Assembly (NCBI GenBank): GCA_964016885.1
Contig: OZ024740.1
Coordinates: forward strand, 133,734,001 to 133,798,000
Reading direction: 5' to 3'
Source: Eledone cirrhosa
Lineage: Eukaryota
Length of the DNA stretch: 64,000 bases
In this document: piece by piece, positions 32,158 to 43,874 of the stretch
Numbering within the stretch: position 1 is the stretch's first letter
Layout of the letters: each line of letters opens with the position of its first letter
Notes under the pieces: generated by a model
What the model saw: only the letters and a program-made list of their open reading frames with translations
Database searches by the model: none
Told to the model about the DNA's origin: nothing
Translations under genes and position numbers: made by a program

Positions 32158-34571
32158 ACCCCACCCCTTGTTGTCACCATACCCCCTGACCTCCCCCTCT
32201 CCGCACCTGAGCGCTCACTCCTTAGTAGAGGCCTTCGCTTCATATCCCACACTCCGCTCAGCGACGAGTTCCGCACCCGAACGGAAGTCGAGCGATTCGT
32301 GCGACGCACTAAGCTACAGGCACATTTCAGCCGAACGCCACCGGCTCCGGACGCCCCAGACCCGTTTCTCGCCCTGTGCCGACGACCATCTTCTTGGACG
32401 CCGGCCCCAAGGCAATTTAGCACCCTGGACGCCTTCGTCGATGCCAGCCGTAGCGCAGTAAATCGTTTTAACTTCCGCCACCGTTCTTAACGGCACAACA
32501 TCTCACGGGGCGAACTCCTCGCTCTCCGCTCCCTCTGTAGCCGAGATGACATCGTCATCAAACCGGCGGACAAGGGAGGCGCCGTGGTGGTATGGCGCGC
32601 GGACCTCTACACGGCCGAAGCCCTCAGGCAGCTCTGTAATCCCCTCTTTTACCGCCCTCTATCCTCCGATCCCACCCCCCTCTACCAACAACAAGTCTCC
32701 TCCACCATCAAAGACCTTATCGCCTCCTCCCTCCCCCCCGACCACTTCCCACCTCATCGTCCGCACCCCCCGCACCCCCACCATCTACTTCCTCCCCAAA
32801 CTCCACAAACCCGACAACCCCGGCCGCCTCATCGTCTCCGCTTGCAACTGCCCCACCGAACTCATCTCCGCCTTTCTCGACTCCCTCCTCGCCCCCCTTG
32901 TCACCACCCTCCCCTCCCACATCTCCGACACCAACCACGCCCTGCGCCTTTTCGACTCCTTCACCTACCTACCCGGCCCTCAGCCATTCCTCTTCACCCT
33001 AGACATCAAGTCCCTCTATACCGTCATCCCCCACGCCGACGGCCTTCGCGCCCTCAAACACTACCTCGACATTCGCCCCTCCCCCATTCCCTCCACCCCC
33101 ACCTCCTTCGCCTCGCCGAGCTGGTCCTCACCCTCAATTGTTTCTCCTCTATCTCCACCACCCACGTCCACTTCTTAGACATCTCCGTCGCCTTCGACCC
33201 CTCCCACCACTCCCTCGTCACCTCCGCCTTCTTCAAACCCACCGACTCCCACTCTTACCTCGACTTCACCTCTTCCCACCCCACCCACACTAAACTCTCC
33301 ATTCCCTACTCCCAACTTCTCAGGATCCGCCGCCTCTGTAGCCGTGATGCTGACTTCGAGTCCCAGGCCCTTTCTCTAGTCAGCCATTTCATCCGCAGAG
33401 GTTACCCCCCTCTCTCGTCTACACCGCTCTCACCCGCGCCCGTGCTATTCCCCGCTCCACCACCCTCACCCCACGCCACCGCACACTCACCACCGTCTCC
33501 CCTTCCCCATCACCTACCACCCCTCCACCTTACCCCTCCACCGCACCTTCCGCCGCCTCTTCCGACGCCTCCAGTCCGACCCCTCCACCTCCCACATCTT
33601 CCCAACCCCACCACTCCCCTCCTTCAAACGCGCACGCAATCTCCGCACCCTCCTCGTCCACAGCTCCCTACTCCCCAACCCACGCTCCGTTCTCCCCCGG
33701 TTCCTTCCCCTGTTCTAGGCCCCGCTGCAACACCTGTCCCCACATCACCAACACCACCACCTTCCAGGGTCCCAACGGCCACTCTCTCTCGGTCCGGCAT
33801 GCCTTCCGCTGCACCTCCTCCAACCTAGTCTACGGACTTCGTTGCACGGAGTGCAGCGCGACTTATGTCGGACAGACGGGACGTCGCCTGGCGGACCGAG
33901 TCACGGAGCACCTCCGTGATATTCGTCTCGGGGGCAGTTCCCCCATCGCACGCCATCTCACAGTCTGTGGCCTACTCCAGTGCCACGGAACACCCGCCCA
34001 TCGCCTTACGGTCGAACAACGCACTATCTTCATCTTACAGACCCACACTCCCCCCGGTCTGAACTCCCCACCCTTATTCCTTTAGTGTTCGACCGCCCCC
34101 TCCCCCAACACTTATCCCCCACTCACACCACTAACACACCCCTCCTTTTCACCGCCCACCCCACACTAACAATACTAACACCTCCACTCCACCCCTCATC
34201 TGACCACCCTTCCCCAACTAACATACTAACATCCCTTCCCTCCCCTCTTCTCCTCCTCCCCCCTCCTTATCACACGCACACACGCACCCACTTACACCAC
34301 CCACCCCACACGCAACTAACATCACTAACACCCCCCAACCCCACGCACACGTACCCACACACCCTCGTACACCACCAACTCCACACACCCTACCACCACT
34401 AACCCCCACTCACACCTGCATTCCACCCCTCCCCACCTCCCGTATACTAACACCCACTAACACCTCTTCACCTAACTACACACACACCAGTACACCACAC
34501 TCCCTCCATAGAACCACACACACCCTTCTCTCCTCGCTCCACACTCACTCATCCCACTAACACCCCTACTA

Positions 34572-34607
<36 letters not shown>

Positions 34608-35580
34608 TCCTCACTCCAACTCTCACACCTACCCATCCTCGCCTCCCTACCATTCCGCCGACTGCTGCTATGCCCTTCCGACCACCTCTCTGCACCAACT
34701 GACCACAGCACTCACACTGCTGACCACTTCCTGTTGCGCGCGCACCCTACATCTCTCCTCTTCCGACCACCGCTTCTTGGATTACCCACACGCGAACTTG
34801 ACTTCTAACCAAATCTCCAAACATCCGTGAAACTTACCAATTTTTCAACCATCCTCTTACACCATCACCTATATAACTCACCCACACACACACACCCAAA
34901 AACATTTTTTTTTATCCACACGCCACCCACACCCACAACACGCTTAAACCACACACACACGTGCTTCCCACCACATATTTACACCCTCAGCCTCCTGATT
35001 CCTCTTCCCCCACCCCCCTATCCACACACGCACTGACACTCCGACCCACATAAACACCCCCCACACACACACACCTTCCTGAACATGCAACCCCGTTCTT
35101 CCCCCAACCCTCACTTTCACATACACACACACACACACACACGCACACCTAACCACACACACCACCTTCAGCCCTCCCCGCTCGGACACCCCGTCTCCCT
35201 CTCCCCACTCCACCCGCCGCCACCCCTACTCACCCCACACCCTTCCACCGCCTGTTTACCCCCCTTTTAATTTCAGTTTATTTTGATCATGCTTTTATTT
35301 TTAAATTTTCTCATTCCATGTATTTTGATCATGCTATATTTTTATTTATTATATTTTTTGTCTTTATTTGTTAATTTTTCATTCGCACCGTTTCCTTTCT
35401 CTATATGTCTCTCCACCACTCCCCTACACACCTTTTGAACTCTGTTCCCACACACTTCTCACCTGAAGAAGGGCTTATGCCCGAAACGTCGTCCCCCATC
35501 TACCCCCCACTCTCCTGAGCGTGAATTTAATAAACATTTATTGTACTGCCTCTCTGTTCTGTCCCTGTTCAATTTTTCAT
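32158..35580 (+). mobile_element. C-rich Penelope-like element (Neptune-like), frameshifted, RT catalytic segment deleted
   Basis: IVIKPADKGGAVVVW, IYFLPKLHKPDNPGR, TLDIKSLYTVIPH, HFLDISV, KPTDSHSYL, SIPYSQLLRIRRLCS; CSRPRCNTC..SNLVYGLRC..YVGQTGRRLADRVTEH. LNCFS joins directly to SISTTH, so the AMG/YIDD region is missing at ~33147. Confidence 0.92.
35461..35492 (+). ncRNA. Minimal type I hammerhead in pLTR of the C-rich PLE
   Basis: AC-CTGAAGA-aGGGC-ttat-GCCC-GAAA-CG-TC-GT, with AATAAA ~40 nt downstream. Confidence 0.78.
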
Positions 35581-35618
<38 letters not shown>

Positions 35619-37149
35619 GGTGTGTGTATGTATGTGTGTGTGTGTGTGTGACTCGCGTTATTCTAGTGCAGAGTTCTCGTAGTAGCAATGGATTCGTATT
35701 ATTCCCTGCCTTATTGCTTTGCGAGATAATCCATTACGATGAAGGTTTTATGCAGTGTGAAGCAACTCAGAGTACAAACTGCCACTGTAGACTATGATAC
35801 TGCTGACTACAAATAAATATAAAAGCTGTTTCAAAGAAAATTTTAGTACAATTGACAGCTTATTGAAAATCAGTCAAAAGGCCCTGAGAGCAACTTAGGA
35901 AATCCTAGATCCACCTCTCAAAACACAGCACTGATGCACTCAGAGTGAGACTCAATCCAACAATTACAGCTTGAAAAGTGAATGTAGAATTGAAAAATCT
36001 CAACTGCTCCATTTTTATGATACAATTAATGCACACTTTGGCGTTGGAAATTATTCTATATCTCCAATCAAATTATCCTCTCAATGTGAATAATGGAGCT
36101 CTGAAGAGGACACATCAACGAGCCCCTAAACCGTTAAAAGCTTGCGCTGTCATAGAGCCATTTTTTACATTGTTCGTCATTATCTACCGGGTTGAATCAA
36201 CCACTTTTGCTAAAGGTGGTATAGCCATAAAAACATTAAAAGTCTGGGAATCATAAAGATCGAAACGTATTCTAACAAAGTAAAATGGTTATCTCAGCAC
36301 GAATGTGCGTCATTATTTTACACACAGGCGAGTAACCGAGGACTAAATCTCTCAACAGTTGAAATATATGTATATCATTACTGCCTAGAAACACGAAGGA
36401 GCAAAACCTGTTTTTTCCAACAGTAATTATATATCGCTCTACCCTATTTCTGACCAGATATAAATGTTGAAAATCTGATCAAATAAATATACGAAAATAG
36501 CTGTCAGAAAGAGAGTCAGACTACCGCGGGAAATGAGACAATATAAATGATCTCAAAAGCACTAGGATCTATTCATTGCAGTGAATCTGTCAAAGTATTT
36601 TGATTCTGTAAGCAGGGAATGACTTTAGTGTGTTCTAAGAACGTTTCATTATATCTCAAATAGATGAATCGTCATTGCCGTTGCTGGAAGGAAGAAATCC
36701 GAGGCTAACGCGTCAGTTAGGTTAGATTAGGTGCTGACATCTATAACATTTCATATTTTTTCTTATTGAGCTGAAGATTTGTTAAATCCAAGCATACTGC
36801 AAGAACAGGGAAAGGGGTTTTCCCGTGATCTCACCCCAATATATATACTATTAAATCTTAGGTGCCGATGGGAATCGGAAAAGGATCACAGTTAAAAAAG
36901 GTAGTTAATACGTCGGTACTTCGCGGGTTTGAGAAAGTACCAGATTGGTGACTGGCGCGAATAAGAACACCAAAAAATACAATAGGGTGAGAGGTACGAA
37001 AAAGAACTATATCGGATCGCCCTGCGTGCATGTTAACAAGAGACGCGTTCAGATCTAAGGTATAGGGGCGTATTCAAAACATATATTGCATTCTTCATTT
37101 CATGCTGCAAGCAAAAATTTGCGATGGGCCTGCAACCTGTCCTGGGATG

Positions 37150-39115
37150 CGTGAGATGGACGAACAAAGATTGCATATGCCGAGAATCCAAAGAGGGTTT
37201 GGAAGGAAGCAAACCTTCACAATTGGAACATGTAACATCGCAACTCTTGAAGGTAAGGAGCAGTGACTAGGTAGTGAAGGAATCTAGATGCTGCCTGCTG
37301 GATATAGTCGGGGTTTCCTCAACAAAGTTCCGGAGCGCTGATTTGGATGGAGGATGGGAACTCCACTATTCCGGGGCGGCGCCAGAAATGACTGCACAGG
37401 CGGGCGTGGGGATAATCTGAAGCCCCCAGTTGTCAGAATGTGTTATGGATTGGATTCCATTAGAAAGGAGGATTTGCCTTTTGAAGCTTAGGCTGAAAGA
37501 TAGATCTTTGTGAGTGGTGCAAGTTTATGCACCAAACAAGGAGTCCGAATACAGATCCTTCCTTGATGAAGTAATTGCAACGTTAGATGTAGTTATGACA
37601 GAGCCATATATTCTGATGGGAGATTTCAATGTATATGTTGTCAAAAACCACCTGACAGGGAAATGAGTGATTGGAAAGAACGGTGACCCCGCTCTAAATA
37701 CGAATGGAGGGGCCTTATTAGACTTCTGTTCAAGCAATGGACTTTCTTCAATAGATAACTTCTTCCAGCGCAGAGACATCCATAAATATACGTTGTGTAA
37801 GGGGTACCAGAGACAGAGATAAATAATTTATTTTCTTATTGTCACTGATATCTTCAATTCTATGCTGGACGTTCGTGTTAAGAGAGGGGTTGAGCTGTCA
37901 ACTGACCACCATCTAGTTATCTGCACCTTGTGATTACCTAAAGCCAAAGAAGCTAACAAAACTGGTAGGTCCAGTGTGACATACAGGATAATGTGGAAAG
38001 CGTTGGTGGATAAGGAATTCAAGACCAGCTACGTATATACTATTGCTTCCTAATTCGAAGAAATCATTGAGCAAACAGAGGTTAAATCAGAGGATATTGA
38101 GAATGAGTGGAGATTGTTCTGTTGAGCAGTTTCAGCTTCAGCAGTTAAATGCTGCGGGCAAAAGTGGCTTGGTCTGGCTCCGGATAGCAAGACGACTCAT
38201 TAGTTCAATCAAGAGGTCAACGATGCCATTCAAGCAACGAAAGAGGCCTACAAATTTTGGCCTGGAAATAAGTCCTCCTTCTTGCACTTGTGGTACAAGC
38301 AGGCACGAAGAATCGCTGCAGAGATAGTAAAAGCCTCCAAAGTTTTAAGGCAGGGGAGGTCTTTAGGGTTAAGTTGGAATCCGAATTCAAATGACCAAAT
38401 AAAGTGTTCTGGCAGATCATCCGCCGATTCGTAATAAGATTTCCTCCTCCACACCGCCTATCAGGAACGCGTCCGGAGTTCTCCTCTCTTCCAAGAGGTG
38501 TATCCTCGCGTGGTGGAGATAATACTTTGCTGATCTCCTAAACTCGATTACATCTGGAAAGCGCACAAGAGCAGTTAAAACGGTCAAATGTGTGAAGGCC
38601 GCTGGGGAAGATGAAATCCAACCAGAGCTGTTAAAGTCCTAAAATAAAGAAGGTATTCTCTGGCTGACTCTTGTGTACTGGGTGACCAGGATCTCTAGAA
38701 AGGCACCTAAGCAATGGCAATCGGGAGTGATGATATCAATTTTAAAAAAGGGAGACAAGAGAAATTGTTCCAATTACATAGGATCTCCTTTTTAAGCCTA
38801 TCCGGTAAAGTTTATGCTAAGTGTCTGGCAAAGAGATGTAGTGAGATTGTTGACTCCAAGCTAGCTGATTAACAGTTTCGCCTCGGATGCAGCACAGCCG
38901 ACTAAATATTCACACTTCGGCAGTTCTTCGAGAACTCGTGGGGATATTGCCCAGAGGTATATTCTTGTATTGTAGTCCATGAAAAGACATATGAACGCGT
39001 TACTCGAGACTTGCTCTGGAAGGTTATGCAGGAGTATGGGATCGATGGTCAGCTTCTGGTTGCTCTTGGTACTAAATCGAAATCATTTAATGTGAGAGTC
39101 GAGCTCCACCAAGAG
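37150..39115 (+). mobile_element. Degraded RTE-clade LINE (APE endonuclease and start of RT)
   Basis: IGTCNI..LEGKE, DIVGVSSTK, AQAGVGI, VQVYAPN, LMGDFN, LSTDHHLV, KAAGEDEI.PELLK, KKGDKRNCSNY.G; many stops. Confidence 0.85.
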
Positions 39116-39369
39116 TACTGTCGCCTCTCCGGTTCATTATTTTGATGACTACTATTAAAAATAGAATTAAGGTTAGAATCAGAATTAGTATAATTACTCT
39201 GATCGTGTACGCGGCTATTGTCTACGAACCTTGTTGCTGGGTTAGTATGGATTAGTTGCTTGTTAGTGAACACTGTCGGATCCAACTTCATTTTCCACAC
39301 TCGGTCACTCTTGTCTGGCAAATCCATCACCCGTCGGAATATGTGTACGTGTGCTTCGATGTGTCCAGA

Positions 39370-39640
39370 TTACTCCGGCGTTTCGGAGTAGATTCCTACT
39401 TCCTAATGAAAATCGCCTACGCTATTCGGAGGCTTATTGCGTCTGTTTGTTCCGCAATTATTCTTGTTGTAATATTTCTTCCACATTCTTGTTCGTGCTG
39501 GAACACTGCATTTTGTGGTGTCACCTTTTGTAAGTTCTTGCATTCTGTAATGTAATTGTCCTTTCAAGAAACCGATGTTATTGGCCCTGCATGCGCAGAT
39601 CAGCTCATAGAATACGTGTTTTCTTAGGCGTGTTAACTTT
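39370..39640 (-). pseudogene. Degenerate PLE GIY-YIG endonuclease fragment
   Basis: Minus strand LRKHVFYELICAC..IG..QLHYRMQE, then after a frameshift AVFQHEQECGRNITTRIIAEQTDAISLRIA*AIFIRK. Confidence 0.6.
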
Positions 39641-40160
39641 GTGTTGTTTACTACTGATGTGGTAATAGTGCGTTCTCTGACAGGACATCACCGAGGAGGG
39701 AAGGTGCCTTCTTCGTGGCTCTCTATGAGATATTGTGTCAACGCCCACATCCCGCACGCCTAGTTATTCACACTGGAAGTCAAGATCATTTGATACAATT
39801 TCCCCAACGATTTTCTCTTTGTTCGTCGTGGTATAGTAGGTCACTGTAGATATAGTTTCTATCTTTGTTCTCCTGTTTCTTTCTTTCATCTTTTCTCGCT
39901 CCCTGGCAATTCTTTTTCCTCACTCATTTTTCTCTCTTTCGTCTTGTCAGTGTCCAGTCTCTCCTTTATGGTTTTAGAAAACGATGAAGAACAATATAAG
40001 TTCAACCTGATTGTACTATCCATGCATACCAGCATACTACCAGTAGAGGCTATATACTCAGTAGTTTAACTGTGTCTGGAGTAAGGACAGAGACCCGCAC
40101 CTGATCTTTCACTTGCATACCTCGCCTCGAATTCTCGAATTCTCCACCAACAACATATAG

Positions 40161-40266
<106 letters not shown>

Positions 40267-40542
40267 CAGCGAGAATCGCATTTGGGCGTATAGAAAAGGC
40301 GAAAGGAAACGCAAAAATCAGATATGATACTGGCAAGCGCTCGGTAGTTAAAAAACCAGAGCTAAAACAATATGTTAAGAGGCCATACAATACTGAAATA
40401 GTGGTCAAAAAAGCATCAAACACCTAAGCCAAAAGAGCAAATGAAGCTAAACAGGTAAAAACAAAATAAAATAAATGATAAAGAAAACACAGACCTGGAC
40501 CCGTTGGAATTCATGTTTATATATATATATATATACATATAT

Positions 40543-41712
40543 GTAAACGGAAAAAATGAAACGAAATTTCATTTCTCACTCTTAGTACGGCTGTTACTTA
40601 AATATAAGTATGTATACGTACATACATATATGTATACAGACGTACAGTAGTATGTATATATACATACATGCACACATATATATATGTACGTATGGATTCA
40701 CCGAACATTTATTATAATGCTCGGTGTGTTTGTAAACAAACATCCCGAATTAAGCCGTACAGTGTCTAGCAACCATCGTTGCTCATTTGTTCAACGCTGT
40801 CAAAGGAACACTGTACTAGTTTCAAGCTTATTAGCTATCGTCAGCAACGTATACCTTCCTGCCAGATCATTGAACGTCTGAAAGTATATACTTTCCTTAT
40901 GCATATTAACGGCTGAGAAGCCCAATTTGCATATCGAGTGAGTTAATCGGCCGGGGTACCGAAAACGATAAACGGAAATAATGAAACGAAATTTCATTTC
41001 TCACTCTTAGTACGGCTGTTACTTAAATATAAGTACGTATACGTACATACATATATGTATACAGATGTACAGTAGTATGTATATATACATACATGCACAC
41101 ATATATATATGCACGTATGGATTCACCGAACATTTATTATAATGCCCGGTGTGTTTGTAAACAAACATCCCGAATTAAGCCGTACAGTGTCTAACAACGA
41201 TCGTTGCTCATTTGTTCAACACTGACAAAGGAACGCTGTACTAGTTTCAAGCTTATTAGCTATCGTCATACTTATAGATACTTATATTTAAGTAACAGCA
41301 GTACTAAGAGTGAGAAATCAAATTTCGTTTCATTTTTTCCGTTTATCGTTTTCGGTACCCCGGCCGATTAACTCACTCGATATGCAAATTGGGCTGCTCA
41401 GCCGTTAATATGCATAAGGAAATATATACTTTCAGACGTTCAATCATCTGGCAGGAAGGTATACGTTGCTGACGATAGCTAATAAGCTTGAAACTAGTAC
41501 AGCGTTCCTTTGTCAGGGTTGAACAAATGAGCAACGATGGTTGCTAGACACTGTAAGGCTTAATTCGGGATGATTGTTTACAAACACACCAAGCATTATA
41601 ATAAATGTTCGGTGAATCCATACGTACATATATATATGTGTGCATGTATGTATATATATACATGCTACTGTACGTCTGTATACATATATGTATGTACGTA
41701 TACATACTTATA
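40543..41712. mobile_element. Tandem ~425-bp HHR-containing repeat with inverted copy (non-LTR retrozyme-like)
   Basis: 40543-40968 repeats from 40969 to ~41268. ~41270-41712 is an inverted, permuted monomer. No coding capacity; (TA)n flanks. Confidence 0.85.
41464..41504 (+). ncRNA. Type I hammerhead (copies at 40809-40849 - and truncated 41234-41268 -)
   Basis: CGTTG-CTGACGA-tAGCT-aata-AGCTt-GAAA-CTAG-TA-CAGCG. Confidence 0.85.
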
Positions 41713-41937
<225 letters not shown>

Positions 41938-43141
41938 ATATATATATATATATATACACCCCAAACATATTTATATATATGTGTGCATGTGTGTGTATGT
42001 GTGTGTATTCTATTTATGCCTGATATATTAAAACCAAAGTGTTTTCGATATTTGAACTCTGAACTCAGTAAAACTAATATATAGTATAGACTACATACTT
42101 CGGCGATATACCGCTTTGGCTAACTCTAACAATCGAACAGACACCTCCTTACTATAAGCATACAAGAAGAATTGTGGATTATTTCCAACGAATATAATGA
42201 TAGAATATTTGTATCACAAAAGTTTATAGCATAAGAAATTTATTATTTGAATATGATGTATATTTTACCACGTTCAATAACGACGAATAATATAAAAATA
42301 TTTCTAACAAATTGCAATAAAACAAACATAAATTGAGTTCCTACATTATTATTTTCAGAAAGATAATTAAAAAACGGAATATATAGAAATATATATCTTG
42401 TTATACGAATATTTTTCAGTGTTAATTTATACGCTTATGTATATATATATATAAGTGGAGTGGGTGTATGTGTGTATAAAGGGAGAAGGTAAGGCGTCTT
42501 ATAATATATCCTCGTTATAACGTATAAATAATGCAGCATACAATTGATAAAATATCATGATACCATTTGTAAAAAAGGTAATGTTATCTATTATGAAGAT
42601 AGGCACTTAACTTATTCTTAAGGTTATTCCTCCGAGTATTATAGTAACAAACAATATATATAGTGTAATACAGAACAATGCCCTATATACAAGACGGTTG
42701 AAGATGTTAGAAAGACGATACTCTCAGAACCTCAATGGTATAAGTTTAGACGATGAACGTTTAGAGGTTTCATGGATCTCATGGCATCCTTAGATTGTTG
42801 CAGTTCCAGTTAATTAATTTCTCGTTGCAACATAACTAAAAAAAATGGAAGCAGGGATAATGATGAGAAACATATCAATCACCTTTATATCATTTGCTTC
42901 TATCCCACGTAACATTTGGTGGGCAAGAGAATGCGAAAGCCACCTAAGTGTTTCATAGTCCGAACTGAACTCAAAATAAAAAGTGTCGAGATACTTCAGT
43001 GGGGAATAACATAAAGCGTATTTACAAACAAAAGAGAAAGGAAAGACAAATAATAAAACAGAGGTGAGTAGATGTAAGAGGAGGTAATATAATGAAATAA
43101 AAGATACATACATGCATACATATATATATATGTGTGCGTAT

Positions 43142-43192
<51 letters not shown>

Positions 43193-43197
43193 CATAC

Positions 43198-43522
43198 ATA
43201 ATGGCTGCCCATTCGTTATCGAGTATGGTCATTGCACGATATAACATTATCAATAATTATCAATTAATGCTATCATGCAAGTGAGGAAAGACTGTGCACT
43301 GAGCCATTTTCACTCTGTGAGCAACAGTAGCTATAACCCGAAAACAAGAAAAGATCAACATCATCAGTAACTACTGAGTCACAGGTTTTATGTCAGAGTT
43401 ATCCCAGTTTCCTGAGTTGCCTTCTCCTAGAAGAATGCCCTGACAAAGGCTAGGGGTCCTTCACTCCCAGTGGTTTAACCGCGTGATCGGGCATCCAGTC
43501 CGATTATTTCTATGTCCCCGCA
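43198..43522 (-). mobile_element. Bipartite non-autonomous RTE derivative (5' UTR fused to 3' tail)
   Basis: 43280-43522 matches 52019-52260, and 43200-43239 matches 48148-48186. Confidence 0.8.
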
Positions 43523-43874
43523 CATATACATACACATGCACACATGCATATATACATACACATACATATGTACATATGTATATACATATTTACACATTTG
43601 TGGATGATGTTGACTCTTATGAGTTCTTCTGTCCTTTGTCAGGTTTTGTTTTTTGTCCTGCAGGGTCTCCAAAATCACCCTCCTCGCCAAGAAAACTTGG
43701 TGGGGTTGCTTGTTTAGTCACCGACGACCCAACCATGCCACAGGTTGTACCGGGTTACATGCTACCAGTAGCACTGAAGAATGACCCGTCATACATACAC
43801 ACACACATACATACATACATACATACATACATACATACATACATACATACATACATACATACATACATAGATAC

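Noticed and set aside
32584-34402. Pro/His-rich extensin-like ORFs
   Set aside because: Off-frame readings of the C-rich PLE between frameshifts.
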